From: Obrimoposthia wandeli
Lineage: Eukaryota
Assembly: GCA_977020255.1 (NCBI GenBank)
Contig: CDROCS010003840.1
Span: 310,001-372,849 of the forward strand
DNA length: 62,849 nucleotides
Direction: 5' to 3'
Below the pieces are notes generated by a model that searched no databases, was not told the origin of the DNA, and saw nothing but the letters and a program-made list of their open reading frames with translations. Both the position numbers and the translations under genes were made by a program. Of this stretch, positions 40,758 through 52,871 are shown in pieces (position 1 is the first letter of the stretch; every line of letters begins with the position of its first letter).

Positions 40758-43226
40758 ATGAACCAAGCGGTTACTGGCATTGCAATAGGGCTTTTGTTTC
40801 TTCATTGGTGGCATGCCATTCCAGATTATCTCTGGTTTGTGGCAGCCCTAATGCTAGGAGCCGTAGTTTCTTATTTTTTACGTATTCATTTATTGATCTG
40901 GATTACGTTAGGTGCCGCTATGGCAGCTTTAAGTGTAAGTATTTATACAAATACAGTAAATGAAATACCTATTGAACGCGGGAATATTACCATAATTGCT
41001 AAGGTAAGTAGCCTACTTAATAGCGAGATCCCCACTAGTACAATAGATTTCAAACTCTTAATGCTTAATTCTCATCCAATCGATACATATTACCCTTTAA
41101 ACGTCCGCTTAAGTTGGCTACAACCTCCTGAGATGTATCAAGGTCAAATTTGGCAGCTAACAGTGAAGCTTCGCCGTCCGTATGGGCGTTTAAATAGTGC
41201 AGGTTTTGATGCTGAAAAATATTTCGTTGCAAACAGTATTCATGGACGAGGAACCGTTTTAAGCGGAACGATTGTAGATAGCTCTTACATCGATAGCCTT
41301 AATGTAGAACAAGCAGTACAAACACTGAATAACAATAGTTCGGTTATTACCTTACGGCAGGGGATTTTTACTCAGGCAATGACAGAGTTGGCTGATAAAA
41401 CCCATAAAGCTTATTTAATGGCTTTAGGTTTTGGCGTACGGGATGCGTTAGAGCCTGATGATTGGCAGCGGCTAAGAGACAGTGGTTTAGCCCATTTAAT
41501 GGCAATTTCAGGCCTGCATATCGGTTTAGCGATGTTATTAGGTTGGTGGTTTGGCAGCAAAATATGTGCGCTATTGCCAGAGTTTCATCGGTTTATATGG
41601 TTACCGCTATGGAGTGGTTTTGCGTGTGCACTGGGGTACGCATGGTTAGCGGGTTTCAGTTTGCCGACGGTGCGTGCGGTATTAATGTGTGCAATTGTGA
41701 TGATTTTAATCAGGTTTCGCATTCAGTGGCCAGGCTGGAAGATTTTCATTGTCGCTCTGGCTATTTGTTTAATGCTCAACCCGTTAGCGTCTTATGCTGC
41801 GGGATTTTGGATGTCTTTTACTGCTGTATTCATTTTATATCTTGCGAATTTGAGTGGTGTAAGGCAACAGCATACTGGTCAGACTGAAAACAGTATTCAC
41901 TATCAGAAAGATCTATTGTGGGAAAAGATGAAAGTATTAGCACAATTACAGTGTGTGTTATTGCTGTTTATGTTACCGCTTCAATGGTATTGGTTTGGTG
42001 GGATATCGCTACTCGCGCCATTGATCAATTTTGTCTCTGTCCCTTGGGTAAGTACATTGACGGTGCCTTTGGTGTTAGCTGCCATTGCGACGGTGTGGTT
42101 TCCTTGGTTGTCGAATATTTTTTGGCAATTAGCCGATTGGACCTTATACCCTGTTATTTGGTTAGCTGAGCAATCTGTTGGTACGTGGCTATCGTTATCA
42201 TCCGCTTGGCTGCCTTACCTAATAGGGGGAATGGCATGGGTTGCGCTAGGGTGGTTTATTTCTTGGCGTAATTTCAAATGGATACACATCTCGATTCTGA
42301 TTGTGTTTGTGTCTTGGGGGATCCCTTTATTTTTCCAGCAAGCGGCGCCTACATTGATGGCTTTTAATAAGCCAGCTCTAACTCATAACGTTGATGTAAG
42401 CCATGATGAACCTTCAATCGATGATGCCGTTTCACCGCTATGGACAGTTAATATGCTGGATGTTGGGCATGGTCTGGCGGTGTTGATTGAGCGTAATGGG
42501 AAAGCGGTTTTGTATGATACGGGAAACCGTTGGCCACAAGGCAGTATAGCGACAGCCGTTATAGAGCCAGTCTTGAAAAAGAAAGGTATTCATCAGTTGG
42601 ATGGGCTCATTTTGAGCCATGCAGACGGCGACCATGCTGGTGGTTTCGATATTATATCTCAGCAGTTTGAACCAATTTGGAAGCGTAGCAGTGATCGTCG
42701 TGATGGTTTTCTTCCCTGTGTGCAAGGAGCCCTTTGGCAATGGGAAGGGCTCAACTTCGAGGTGTTGTGGCCACCTAAAATCGTTAAACGGGCGGCTAAT
42801 CCTCATTCTTGCGTCGTGCAAATAAGTGATCAGAACATTCATGCTGCGAAACCAACCAAAGCTCTACTGACTGGTGACATTGATGCGATATCTGAATTAC
42901 TTTTGGCACGGCAATATCCAGATCTTGCCCCTGATATTTTATTTGTTCCTCATCATGGCAGTCAAACCTCATCGACCAATACGTGGCTGGCAGGCATGTC
43001 TCCTGAATTTGCACTTGTATCGAGTGCGAAATATAACCCTTGGAATTTACCCGCGGTGCAGATCAAGCAACGCTATATTGATAAGGGGATCATGTGGTTA
43101 GATACGGCACAAACAGGGCAAGTATCCATTGATATTGACGCTGGCAGTAGGAAAACACAACGCTATCGACAAGATATTTACGATACTTGGTACCGCCGAT
43201 TATTTTCGGCTGATGATGATCTCTAA
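40758..43226 (+). CDS. comEC: DNA internalisation competence protein ComEC/Rec2
   Basis: SGLAHLMAISGLHIG, PTVRA, LDVGHGLA, LSHADGDHAGG, VPHHGS; precedes msbA. Confidence 0.92.
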   Translation: MNQAVTGIAIGLLFLHWWHAIPDYLWFVAALMLGAVVSYFLRIHLLIWITLGAAMAALSVSIYTNTVNEIPIERGNITIIAKVSSLLNSEIPTSTIDFKLLMLNSHPIDTYYPLNVRLSWLQPPEMYQGQIWQLTVKLRRPYGRLNSAGFDAEKYFVANSIHGRGTVLSGTIVDSSYIDSLNVEQAVQTLNNNSSVITLRQGIFTQAMTELADKTHKAYLMALGFGVRDALEPDDWQRLRDSGLAHLMAISGLHIGLAMLLGWWFGSKICALLPEFHRFIWLPLWSGFACALGYAWLAGFSLPTVRAVLMCAIVMILIRFRIQWPGWKIFIVALAICLMLNPLASYAAGFWMSFTAVFILYLANLSGVRQQHTGQTENSIHYQKDLLWEKMKVLAQLQCVLLLFMLPLQWYWFGGISLLAPLINFVSVPWVSTLTVPLVLAAIATVWFPWLSNIFWQLADWTLYPVIWLAEQSVGTWLSLSSAWLPYLIGGMAWVALGWFISWRNFKWIHISILIVFVSWGIPLFFQQAAPTLMAFNKPALTHNVDVSHDEPSIDDAVSPLWTVNMLDVGHGLAVLIERNGKAVLYDTGNRWPQGSIATAVIEPVLKKKGIHQLDGLILSHADGDHAGGFDIISQQFEPIWKRSSDRRDGFLPCVQGALWQWEGLNFEVLWPPKIVKRAANPHSCVVQISDQNIHAAKPTKALLTGDIDAISELLLARQYPDLAPDILFVPHHGSQTSSTNTWLAGMSPEFALVSSAKYNPWNLPAVQIKQRYIDKGIMWLDTAQTGQVSIDIDAGSRKTQRYRQDIYDTWYRRLFSADDDL

Positions 43227-43402
43227 GCGTAAAGATACGTGAAGTTAGTCTGATAATGTCGATGGGATTTTTAGAATAAATACAGTTGTATAATCAATGA
43301 GCAAAAAGTAGAGAAGGCATGCATCAATGGCTTAACTTATTTGGCGCATGCCCAGTATCAGAGTAGAATGTAGATAATTGTTTTTAAGAAAAATGAATTG
43401 TA

Positions 43403-45160
43403 ATGACGCAACCTACTGAACAATCAACACTGGATACGTATAAACGACTTTGGCCGTATATCAGTTTCTATAAGGCTGGCTTATCAGTCGCGGTCGTTGC
43501 GCTAATCATGAATGCATTGGGTGATACCCTAATGTTATCGATGATTAAGCCTCTTCTTGATGAAAGCTTCGGTGGATTAGAAAATATCGAATCAGACTTT
43601 CTTTCTATGATGCCATTTTATTTAGTTGGATTAATGATTCTTCGCGGCGCGAGTGGCTTCGTATCAACATACTGCTTGTCTTGGGTGTCTGGCAAAGTCG
43701 TAATGAATTTACGCCGTGGTTTGTTTAATCATTTCATGAAAATGCCGGTTAGCTTTTTTGATAAAGAATCTTCTGGTGCTTTACTTTCTCGAATTACCTA
43801 TGATTCAGAACAAGTTGCCTCGGCGACAAGTAGTGCATTGGTTAGCATGGTACGTGAAGGTGCATCAATCATGGGTTTAATGGCATTGATGTTCTGGAAC
43901 AGCTGGCAGCTTTCGGCAATTTTATTGGTTATCGCCCCTGTTGTGGCATTCAGTATTCGCTTTGTGTCTAAGCGTTTTCGTAAAATTTCAAAAAATATGC
44001 AAGACGCGATGGGCTCTGTTACATCCTCTGCTGAGCAAATGCTAAAAGGGCACAAAGTCGTATTAAGTTACGGCGGTCAAGATGTTGAAAAGCAGCGTTT
44101 TGATTCTGTTAGTAATAATATGCGCCAGCAAACAATGAAGTTAGTCTCTGCACAGGCGATAGCTAACCCAGTGATTCAATTAATTGCATCGTTTGCTTTG
44201 GTGGTTGTATTAGTCTTGGCTAATTCTGATGCATTACGCGCCGATCTTACTCCCGGTACATTTGCTGTTGTCTTTGGTGCAATGTTTGGTTTGATGCGTC
44301 CTTTGAAATCATTAACCAACGTTACGTCGCAATTCCAACGCGGTATGGCTGCTTGTCAAACCTTGTTTGAATTGATGGATCTTGAAACTGAAAAAGATAA
44401 CGGCAAGCATGAAATTGCGCGGGTAAACGGTGATATTCAAGTTAAAAATGTTACGTTCACTTATCCAACCAAAGATACGCCAGCATTGCGTAATGTGTCG
44501 TTTGATTTACCTGCAGGTAAAACACTGGCACTTGTTGGACGTTCGGGGTCGGGTAAGAGTACGATTGCGAATCTCTTAACGCGCTTTTATGATATTGATT
44601 CAGGCGAATTGATATTAGATGGGCGTGAGGTTAAAGATTATCAATTATCGAACCTACGCGATCAGGTTGCAGTCGTTTCTCAAAATGTGCACCTTTTTAA
44701 CGATACCATTGCAAATAACATAGCTTACGCAAGCGGCGATAGCTTTAGTCGTGCTGATATTGAAAAAGCAGCAGAGCTTGCTTATGCAATGGATTTTATT
44801 AAAGAGATGCCACAAGGCTTAGACACGATCATTGGTGAGAATGGTGTCAGTCTTTCTGGTGGTCAGCGTCAACGTTTAGCCATTGCTCGTGCACTATTAC
44901 GTAATGCGCCAGTGTTGATTTTAGATGAAGCAACCTCAGCCCTTGATACTGAATCTGAACGTGCTATTCAGTCGGCATTGGATGAATTGCAAAAAGATCG
45001 TACGGTATTAGTGATTGCCCACCGTTTATCAACCATTGAAGGTGCCGATCAAATTTTAGTGGTTGATGATGGTGAAATCATCGAACGTGGAACACATGGT
45101 GAATTGATCAAATATAATGGTGCTTACGCGCAACTTCACCGTATTCAGTTTGGTGATTAA
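43403..45160 (+). CDS. msbA: Lipid A ABC flippase MsbA
   Basis: [37 protein letters not shown]. Confidence 0.97.
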   Translation: MTQPTEQSTLDTYKRLWPYISFYKAGLSVAVVALIMNALGDTLMLSMIKPLLDESFGGLENIESDFLSMMPFYLVGLMILRGASGFVSTYCLSWVSGKVVMNLRRGLFNHFMKMPVSFFDKESSGALLSRITYDSEQVASATSSALVSMVREGASIMGLMALMFWNSWQLSAILLVIAPVVAFSIRFVSKRFRKISKNMQDAMGSVTSSAEQMLKGHKVVLSYGGQDVEKQRFDSVSNNMRQQTMKLVSAQAIANPVIQLIASFALVVVLVLANSDALRADLTPGTFAVVFGAMFGLMRPLKSLTNVTSQFQRGMAACQTLFELMDLETEKDNGKHEIARVNGDIQVKNVTFTYPTKDTPALRNVSFDLPAGKTLALVGRSGSGKSTIANLLTRFYDIDSGELILDGREVKDYQLSNLRDQVAVVSQNVHLFNDTIANNIAYASGDSFSRADIEKAAELAYAMDFIKEMPQGLDTIIGENGVSLSGGQRQRLAIARALLRNAPVLILDEATSALDTESERAIQSALDELQKDRTVLVIAHRLSTIEGADQILVVDDGEIIERGTHGELIKYNGAYAQLHRIQFGD

Positions 45161-46194
45161 TGGCTGCACTCATTGAAAAGTTTTGGTTTGGGCATCATCC
45201 GAAAGGATTGATGCTGTTACTGAACGTGCTCTTTTGGCCAATATTTTGGCCATTGAGTAAACTCTTCGGTTTTATCAGTGTCCGCCGTCGTAATAAATAC
45301 CAAACGGGTAAAAAGGTTGCTTATCGAGCGCCAGTACCTGTTGTTGTTGTTGGTAATATTACAGCGGGAGGCAACGGTAAAACGCCCGTTGTTATATGGC
45401 TGGTTGAACAACTACAAGCGAAAGGGCTTAAACCAGGGGTTGTTTCCCGTGGTTATGGTGGTAAAGCGCCACATTACCCTTATTTGGTTGAAGGTAAGAC
45501 TTCAACAGACCTCGTCGGTGATGAGCCAGTATTAATTCGTCGAAGGACGGGAGCACCTGTTGCCGTATCGCCCATCCGATCTGATGCCGTCATGCTGTTA
45601 CTTGAACATGATGTTGATGTGATTATTACTGATGACGGTCTACAGCATTATGCACTCGCAAGAGACATCGAATTTGTTGTTATCGATGGTCAACGCCGCT
45701 TTGGTAACCAACAATTACTACCATTAGGACCATTGCGTGAAACCTGTGATCGCTTAGCCGACGTTGATTTCTTGATTTGTAACGGTGGAAAGGCGCAAAA
45801 AAATGAAGCACCGATGCACCTGCAACCTTCAGCTTTAATCAATGTTAAAACGGGCGAGCGATGTTCAATTAATGAATTAGAGAATATTGTGGCAATGGCT
45901 GGTATTGGTCATCCACCCCGTTTTTTTAAAACATTAGAAGAGTTGGGAGTAACCCCTGTACATTGTCAGTCATTTACTGACCATCAGGCATTCTCAGAAA
46001 CGGAATTAAAACATTTGGCCCAACAGGGACAACATTTAGTGATGACAGAAAAAGATGCGGTTAAATGCCACGCTTTTGCGCAGTCGAATTGGTGGTATGT
46101 ACCTGTAGATGCAGTGATACCTACAGCGAATGCTAATGCCATTATTAATCGAATAATTAAGGTAAAGGAAGAATATGGATCACCGTCTGCTTGA
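45160..46194 (+). CDS. lpxK: Tetraacyldisaccharide 4'-kinase
   Basis: [30 protein letters not shown]. Confidence 0.96.
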   Translation: MAALIEKFWFGHHPKGLMLLLNVLFWPIFWPLSKLFGFISVRRRNKYQTGKKVAYRAPVPVVVVGNITAGGNGKTPVVIWLVEQLQAKGLKPGVVSRGYGGKAPHYPYLVEGKTSTDLVGDEPVLIRRRTGAPVAVSPIRSDAVMLLLEHDVDVIITDDGLQHYALARDIEFVVIDGQRRFGNQQLLPLGPLRETCDRLADVDFLICNGGKAQKNEAPMHLQPSALINVKTGERCSINELENIVAMAGIGHPPRFFKTLEELGVTPVHCQSFTDHQAFSETELKHLAQQGQHLVMTEKDAVKCHAFAQSNWWYVPVDAVIPTANANAIINRIIKVKEEYGSPSA

Positions 46195-46354
46195 AATCGT
46201 AGCATGCCCAGTATGTAAGGGTAAATTGAACTACGATAAAGAAAAAAATGAACTGATTTGTAAGTTTGATCGTCTAGCTTACCCTATTCAGGATGGTATC
46301 CCTGTATTGATCGAACCTGAAGCACGAACGCTGAGTTCAGACGAGGTGAAATAA
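46175..46354 (+). CDS. ycaR: Trm112-family protein YcaR, 59 aa
   Basis: Hand translation: [59 protein letters not shown]; not in the ORF track. Confidence 0.93.
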   Translation: MDHRLLEIVACPVCKGKLNYDKEKNELICKFDRLAYPIQDGIPVLIEPEARTLSSDEVK

Positions 46355-47100
46355 TGTCTTTTACGGTAGTCATTCCAGCGCGTTACCAATCAACCCGTCT
46401 ACCGGGTAAGCCTCTGGCTGATATTGGTGGCAAGCCAATGGTGCAATGGGTGTACGAGCAGGCTTGTAAAGCCGGCGCTGATCAAGTGATCGTAGCAACG
46501 GATGACCAACGTATTGTTGATGCCGTTAAAGCCTTCGGCGGTGAAGTATGTCTAACGCGTGATGATCATGAATCAGGCACAGAGCGTCTTGCCGAGGTTG
46601 TTGAAAAGTATCAGTTAGCGGATGATCACATTGTTGTTAATGTACAAGGTGATGAGCCATTAATTCCTGACACTATTATTCGACAAGTCGCAGATAATCT
46701 AGCAAACAGCAATGCACCAATGGCAACGCTAGGTGTCGAGATTGATCACGAAGATGAAGTGTTTAATCCAAATGCGGTAAAAGTGGTGTTGGATAAAGAT
46801 GGCTATGCGATGTATTTCAGCCGAGCATCTATTCCTTGGGATCGTGATAACTATGCGAAATCACCAAAGGAAATCCATCATAATTTATTACGGCATGTCG
46901 GTATTTACGCTTATCGTGCTGGGTTTATAAATACTTACATCAACTGGGAACCAAGCGCACTTGAAAAAGTGGAAGCATTAGAACAGCTTCGCGTACTTTG
47001 GTATGGCGAAAAAATCCATGTTGCTGTTGCTATTGATGCGCCTCCCGCGGGTGTTGATACACCGGAAGATTTAGACAAAGTACGTGCTTTAATTGGCTAA
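46354..47100 (+). CDS. kdsB: CMP-Kdo synthetase
   Basis: [38 protein letters not shown]. Confidence 0.97.
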   Translation: MSFTVVIPARYQSTRLPGKPLADIGGKPMVQWVYEQACKAGADQVIVATDDQRIVDAVKAFGGEVCLTRDDHESGTERLAEVVEKYQLADDHIVVNVQGDEPLIPDTIIRQVADNLANSNAPMATLGVEIDHEDEVFNPNAVKVVLDKDGYAMYFSRASIPWDRDNYAKSPKEIHHNLLRHVGIYAYRAGFINTYINWEPSALEKVEALEQLRVLWYGEKIHVAVAIDAPPAGVDTPEDLDKVRALIG

Positions 47101-47182
47101 GAGTCGCAAGCATTCATCATTAGCTGTAAATAGCCGTTATCCACGTTTCATTTGTTTATCAATAAGACGTTGATAGGCAAAT

Positions 47183-47214
47183 AAAAAGACCACTCAATTG
47201 AGTGGTCTTTTTTT
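47183..47214. terminator. Bidirectional terminator between kdsB and tcyP
   Basis: AAAAAGACCACTCA-at-TGAGTGGTCTTTTTTT. Confidence 0.85.
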
Positions 47215-47249
47215 ATCTCAATGTTTAAAACATTCTACATTTAACCAGA

Positions 47250-48647
47250 CTACACCTTCGCAGTGTCTGGCGTTGTATCTGTTTCAAGGTCTTGATTGAA
47301 GATGGTGTCATCAGCTTGACCCAGTACACGAGAAGTAATGGTACCGGCTGTCATGGCGCCACTAACGTTTACCGCAGTACGACCCATATCAATCAAGGGT
47401 TCGATTGAGATAAGCAGACCAGCAAGCGCAACAGGCATATCAAGTGCAGAAAGAACAATAAGTGCGGCAAATGTTGCGCCACCACCTACACCCGCAATAC
47501 CAAATGAACTGATCGTTACAATTGCAATAAGTGTCGCAATGAAACTAGGGTCTAGTGGGTTAATGCCAATGGTGGGTGCAATCATTACTGCAAGCATCGC
47601 AGGGTATAAACCAGCACAACCATTCTGGCCCATTGTTGCCCCGAATGATGCCGAGAAGTTTGAAACCCCTTCGCCGTTACCCAGTTGCTTAACTTGTGTA
47701 TCAATATTCAGTGGGATAGTGCCCGCGCTTGAACGCGAAGTGAAAGCAAACAGCAGTACCGGAAGGATTTTCTTCAAGAAACGAATTGGGTTAACGCCGA
47801 CGAATGAAACAAGAACCAAATGCATAACAAGGATCAGTGCTAAGCCAACGTAAGACGCAATAACAAAATTAATTAAGCTTAGAATATCAGCATAGTTAGA
47901 GCCTGCGACAACCTTTGTCATCAATGCAAGAACACCGTAAGGCGTTAGGCTTAATACCATACGTACTAATGTACGAACAATTTCTTGAGCAACGTTAATG
48001 AACTTTTCGAAGCTTGCACCTAACTCAGGGTGAGTGCGCATAACACTCAAACTTGCTACACCAATGAAAGCAGAGAAGATAACAACGGCAATGGTAGATG
48101 TTGCACGGCTACCCGCTAAATCAGCAAATGGGTTGCCAGGAAAGAAAGAGATAACCATGTCAGCAAACGACACCGCTTCAATGTTCGTTAAGCGTGTTTC
48201 AAGCATTTCACCACGTGCTATTTCTCGTGCACCTTGCACAATACCATCAGCAGATAAGCCAAACATATTGCTAACAAGAATACCTATTAACGCTGAAGCT
48301 GCTGTTGTCGCCAACAGAATACCAATGGTTAATCCTGAGATTTTACCCAATGAACCCGCATCTTTCACTTTCACGATAGCGCCAATGATAGATACCATGA
48401 TTAGCGGCATGATGATCATTTTCAGTAGGCTGACATAACCGGCACCAACAATGTTTACGTACTCAAGAGTGTCTGCAACTATCTGGCTGCCACCACCATA
48501 AATAAGTTGTAATGCACCACCAAAAAGTACCCCCAAACCAAGGCTTGTAAATACGCGCTTAGAAAGAGTTTGTTCAGTGCGTTGTTGCTTCAGCAATAAA
48601 GCAATGAGTAGGGCAAAGAATGCCAAGTTAATAATGGGATAAATCAT
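47250..48647 (-). CDS. tcyP: L-cystine transporter (DAACS/SDF family, TcyP-like)
   Basis: FTSRSSAGTIP, GATMGQNGCAGLYPAM, FGIAGVGGGA, IEPLIDMGRTAVN. Confidence 0.82.
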   Translation of the reverse strand: MIYPIINLAFFALLIALLLKQQRTEQTLSKRVFTSLGLGVLFGGALQLIYGGGSQIVADTLEYVNIVGAGYVSLLKMIIMPLIMVSIIGAIVKVKDAGSLGKISGLTIGILLATTAASALIGILVSNMFGLSADGIVQGAREIARGEMLETRLTNIEAVSFADMVISFFPGNPFADLAGSRATSTIAVVIFSAFIGVASLSVMRTHPELGASFEKFINVAQEIVRTLVRMVLSLTPYGVLALMTKVVAGSNYADILSLINFVIASYVGLALILVMHLVLVSFVGVNPIRFLKKILPVLLFAFTSRSSAGTIPLNIDTQVKQLGNGEGVSNFSASFGATMGQNGCAGLYPAMLAVMIAPTIGINPLDPSFIATLIAIVTISSFGIAGVGGGATFAALIVLSALDMPVALAGLLISIEPLIDMGRTAVNVSGAMTAGTITSRVLGQADDTIFNQDLETDTTPDTAKV

Positions 48648-48770
48648 GGATGGAATCCTAAAAAAGAGAAATTAAGTGGTAAGTCCGTTTACTTACTTAT
48701 TAAAAGTGTTGTGTCTAAAAATGTTTAAGAAATACCGACAGAAGAATCAATATGCTTAGGGCGTAGATAA

Positions 48771-48786
48771 TATGACGTGAGTCGCA
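48771..48786. promoter_or_regulatory. CRP-like site upstream of tcyP
   Basis: TATGA-cgtgag-TCGCA, 8/10 to consensus. Confidence 0.4.
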
Positions 48787-48974
48787 AAAGCGTTAGCACT
48801 TTTAGGGGGATTTGCTATGTAAAAATCGCACATAATAAAACTTTTAGTTATAAGGGCAGTGATGTGCACTTCAATCAGAAAAGCGAAGTAATAGAGGTAT
48901 TTGTTTGGAGAATAAAAAAAGCCAACAATGAATGTTGGCTTTATGTTGGTTTTGTGCAATTTTACTGAGGCACT

Positions 48975-49829
48975 TTATTGTGTGATATCGTTGTCGTCTT
49001 CACCCAATATTTCGACAGGGTTGATATCAGCATTCTTATTGGCTTCATCCGTTTTTTCTTGCTCAACGTTTGCTGCTTTGTCGCGTATTCTTTGCCAAAT
49101 CTGCCCCATAGTTTCATGCCAATAGCGCTCGGTTTGTTCTAGGTATTTAGCTTTAGGCGCGTATCTGTCCCATGGTTGCTTAATCTTATTACTGGCTAAG
49201 AAGTTAGTAGGTGCTGGCGTTGGGGTTAAGCCTGCCTGATTAAATTCATACAATGCCCGTGTCATATGGCTTGCTGAAGTCACGAGTACCAAGTTCTTAT
49301 TGCCCACAACTGAAGCTGCTTGAAACGCTTCTTCCCAGGTATCACGGGCTGTTTCAAGTAATAAAATATCAGATTTGTTCACCCCTAGCGCTAATGCGAC
49401 TTTTGCCATCATACGGGCTTGGCTTACATCACTGCCTCCGCCATAACCGGATAAAATCAATTTAGAGCCAGGAAAGAGACGATAAATGCGCATGCCTTCA
49501 GATAGGCGCATCAGGGCAGTACGAGATAATTCGGATGTTATTGGCATTGCCTTGTCAATAACATGTCCACTTCCTAGTACCATGATGTAATCAACTGGCG
49601 TTGACGACGGCACAAACGGCTGGTTTTCTGTTTCTAATGGGCGTAATAAACTGGTCGCAATCGGTTGGAAAGAGACCATGAAAATTCCTAAGAACGCAAA
49701 AGCGATAAAGCAAGAAGCCAGTCCTTTTCGACGGGTAAACCATAAAATCAAAAGACCCATAAACCCAAGAATAAGCATCGCGGGTAGGGGCATCAGTAAG
49801 GCAGATATCATTTTTTTTAGTTCAAACAT
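48975..49829 (-). CDS. elyC: Envelope biogenesis factor ElyC (DUF218)
   Basis: IMVLGSG, RLSEG, ILSGYG, ARDTWEEA, LVTSASHMTRA; divergent from cmoM-mukFEB as in E. coli. Confidence 0.92.
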   Translation of the reverse strand: MFELKKMISALLMPLPAMLILGFMGLLILWFTRRKGLASCFIAFAFLGIFMVSFQPIATSLLRPLETENQPFVPSSTPVDYIMVLGSGHVIDKAMPITSELSRTALMRLSEGMRIYRLFPGSKLILSGYGGGSDVSQARMMAKVALALGVNKSDILLLETARDTWEEAFQAASVVGNKNLVLVTSASHMTRALYEFNQAGLTPTPAPTNFLASNKIKQPWDRYAPKAKYLEQTERYWHETMGQIWQRIRDKAANVEQEKTDEANKNADINPVEILGEDDNDITQ

Positions 49830-49950
49830 GTAATGTCGTCCGAAATTTCAGCAATCAAGCTTGAAAAAGCATCACAAGCCTTTATTCCTCTAACGCTTGT
49901 GAGAAAATAAGCTTCATTTTTTTGAACCACTATCATAACGTAAAGTTGCC

Positions 49951-50763
49951 GTGATCGAAGATCGAAATTTTGATGATTTAGCGCAAAAATTTGCGAAAAA
50001 CATCTATGGCACTGCCAAAGGGCAGATCCGACAAACAGTTGTCTGGCAAGATATAGAGCAGATTCTATCTGGGTTCGACGGTGATATTCCGCTACGTGTT
50101 TTAGACGCTGGTGGAGGCATCGGTCAATTGTCACAAAAAGTTGCAGAGTTAGGTCATCATGTCATTTTATGTGATCTTTCTGCTGAAATGCTGACATTAG
50201 CCGAGCAGGCAATTGCTAAAAATGGACTTATTGAGCAATATCGCTTAGTTCATAGTCCTGTTCAGCACATTGGCGACTATCTTGATGAACCTGTCGATTT
50301 GGTGCTTTTTCATGCAGTAATGGAGTGGCTATCGGATCCAATAGCGGTACTTGATAACTTATTGGAACAAGTAAAGCCAGGCGGCGTTATTTCAGTGATG
50401 TTTTATAACTACAATGGGTTGCTATTTAAAAACCTAATTTGTGGTAATTTGACGCATATTGAAGAAGGCATGCCTCATCGTAAGCGTTTTAAGCTGCAAC
50501 CGCAGCAAGGTATTAAGCCCGATGAGGTGTATAGTTGCCTGACTAACGCGGGATTAACTATTTTAGGCAAAACTGGCGTACGCACTTTTCATGACTACAT
50601 GCAGAATGCGATGGTGGGTGATTACAGTTTTGAGCAAGTTCTTGAGATGGAGCAAAAGCTTTGTCGTCAGGAACCTTATTTGTCTTTGGGACGTTATATT
50701 CACGTTTATGCCCGCAAACCCTTGTGCAAAGAGATACAAGTGAGCGGCAGTAACAGTGAATAA
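49951..50763 (+). CDS. cmoM: tRNA cmo5U34 methyltransferase CmoM (SmtA)
   Basis: DRNFDD, KNIYGTAKGQIR, VLDAGGG, FHAVMEW, LGRYIH. Confidence 0.92.
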   Translation: MIEDRNFDDLAQKFAKNIYGTAKGQIRQTVVWQDIEQILSGFDGDIPLRVLDAGGGIGQLSQKVAELGHHVILCDLSAEMLTLAEQAIAKNGLIEQYRLVHSPVQHIGDYLDEPVDLVLFHAVMEWLSDPIAVLDNLLEQVKPGGVISVMFYNYNGLLFKNLICGNLTHIEEGMPHRKRFKLQPQQGIKPDEVYSCLTNAGLTILGKTGVRTFHDYMQNAMVGDYSFEQVLEMEQKLCRQEPYLSLGRYIHVYARKPLCKEIQVSGSNSE

Positions 50764-50833
50764 GCACTATTTAGCCTTATATAAAGAAAATATTACCCTT
50801 AGAAAAGAACATAACAGCAAGTAAGGACAACGG

Positions 50834-52156
50834 ATGAGTGAAGTTTCCCAGACCGTTCCTGAGTTGGTGACTTGGGTTAAGCAGCATGATTTCTCGCTTA
50901 ACTTACCAACTGAACGGCTGGCGTTCTTGTTGGCGATTGCTGTATTAAGTGGCGATCGCTTTGATGAAGAATTAGGGGAAGGGGAGCTGATTGATGCGTT
51001 CCGTATTGTGAGCGATTTATTTGATCAGTCAAAAGAAACCCTAGCCTTTCGTGCCAACAACGCCATAAATGAATTAGTACGTCAGCGCTTAATTACGCGC
51101 TTTACCAGTGAAGTGAACGACGGTGCAAGTATTTACCGTTTAAGTCCATTGGCACTCGGTATAACAGACTACTACGTACGTCAACGCGAGTATTCGACGC
51201 TGAAATTGTCAATTCAATTAGCAATGGTTGCTGATGAAATTAACAAAGCAGCAGATGCCGCGCAAAAAGGCGGTGACGAGAAGCACTGGCGACTGAATGT
51301 TTACGCAGTGTTGAAATATTCAGTGGCAGAAATTTTTGATCGCATTGATTTAAACCAACGCACCATGGATGAGCAGCAGCAGCAGGTGAAAACCAATATC
51401 GCTGAACTGTTGACTCAAGATTGGCGTGCGGCAATTAGCAACTGTGAAGCGTTGCTTAACGAAACATCAAGCACGTTACGTGAATTGCAAGACACCTTGC
51501 AAGCTGCCGGTGACCAATTGCAAACGCAGTTATTGATCATCCAAGAAGAAATACAGGGTAATACTGAACTGGATTTCGTTGATGGCATGATTTTTATACT
51601 ACAAATGAAGCTAGACCGTATTATCAGTTGGGGTCAGCAAGCGATTGATTTGTGGATTGGTTATGATCGCCACGTACATAAATTTATTCGAACAGCTATC
51701 GATATGGATAAAAACCGGGCATTCAGCCAGCGTTTACGTCAATCGGTAACCGATTATTTCGACAATCCATGGTTTCTTACGTATGCCGATGCTGAGCGTT
51801 TACTTGATATGCGCGATGAAACCTTAGTTTTACGTGATGATGAAGTAACAGGTATCGTACCTGAAGAAATGGAATTTGAAGAACTTAGCTTAGTGAATGA
51901 TCAGCTTTCTGATCAAGTTGCTGAAATGCTACAAGCCCATAAAGAAACAGGTGCAGCCATTAATTTGAGTTCGCTTCTGAAAGATTATTTGGCTCAACAC
52001 CCACAAGCGCGACATTTTGATGTAACGCGAATTGTGATTGATCAGGCCGTTAGACTTGGGTATTCCGAATCTGACTTCAATGCCATTCAGCCTGATTGGA
52101 AAGCGATTAATGAACATGGAGCCAAGGTACAAGCCAATGTCATCGATAAATATTGA
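50834..52156 (+). CDS. mukF: Condensin subunit MukF
   Basis: [43 protein letters not shown]. Confidence 0.96.
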   Translation: MSEVSQTVPELVTWVKQHDFSLNLPTERLAFLLAIAVLSGDRFDEELGEGELIDAFRIVSDLFDQSKETLAFRANNAINELVRQRLITRFTSEVNDGASIYRLSPLALGITDYYVRQREYSTLKLSIQLAMVADEINKAADAAQKGGDEKHWRLNVYAVLKYSVAEIFDRIDLNQRTMDEQQQQVKTNIAELLTQDWRAAISNCEALLNETSSTLRELQDTLQAAGDQLQTQLLIIQEEIQGNTELDFVDGMIFILQMKLDRIISWGQQAIDLWIGYDRHVHKFIRTAIDMDKNRAFSQRLRQSVTDYFDNPWFLTYADAERLLDMRDETLVLRDDEVTGIVPEEMEFEELSLVNDQLSDQVAEMLQAHKETGAAINLSSLLKDYLAQHPQARHFDVTRIVIDQAVRLGYSESDFNAIQPDWKAINEHGAKVQANVIDKY

Positions 52157-52871
52157 AGAATATATGCCTGAAAAACTGGCAAAAGCGATAGCGAATCCAC
52201 TTTTTCCGGCGCTAGATAATGCGCTCCGATCTGGTCGTCATGTTTCTAGCGAAGATTTAGATAACCACGCTTTATTGATCGAATTTGAGCGTGAGTTAGG
52301 TATGTTTTACCGCCGTTATAATGCAGAACTTGTTCGTGCGCCTGAAGGGTTCTTCTATTTGCGTCCGCGTTCTACATCATTGATTGGTCGTTCAGTGTTG
52401 TCTGAAATCGACATGCTGGTCGGTAAAGTGCTGTGTTTCCTATATCTCAGCCCTGAGCGTCTTGCCCATGAAGGTATTTTTACCCATCAAGAGCTGTTTG
52501 ATGAACTGCTAGTGTTGGCTGATGAAAAAAAGCTAATGAAGTTTGTTACGCACCGTGCATCGGGTTCCGATCTTGATCGAGAAAAGCTGTACGACAAAGT
52601 GAAAACGTCGCTTCGTCGTTTACGCCGTATTGGTATGCTTATCCCCATTGGAGATAATGGTAAATTCCGTATCAGTGAATCGGTGTTCCGTTTTGGTGCT
52701 GATGTACGTACGGGTGATGATGTGCGTGAAGCGCAATTACGCCTCATTCGTGACGGTGAAGCCATTGTGCACCAACAAGAACCAAGCCAATCAAGCTTAC
52801 TTGATGGGTTTGATGCGGATGACACTGAACATCATGATTCAGGGCAGACAATACAAGAGGGTGAAGTTTGA
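52137..52871 (+). CDS. mukE: Condensin subunit MukE
   Basis: ATG 52137 ([15 protein letters not shown]); [24 protein letters not shown]. Confidence 0.96.
   Translation: MSSINIEEYMPEKLAKAIANPLFPALDNALRSGRHVSSEDLDNHALLIEFERELGMFYRRYNAELVRAPEGFFYLRPRSTSLIGRSVLSEIDMLVGKVLCFLYLSPERLAHEGIFTHQELFDELLVLADEKKLMKFVTHRASGSDLDREKLYDKVKTSLRRLRRIGMLIPIGDNGKFRISESVFRFGADVRTGDDVREAQLRLIRDGEAIVHQQEPSQSSLLDGFDADDTEHHDSGQTIQEGEV

Noticed and set aside
48756-48968. Short ORFs in the tcyP-elyC spacer
   Set aside because: AT-rich promoter DNA with no SD or family motif; overlaps a CRP-like site
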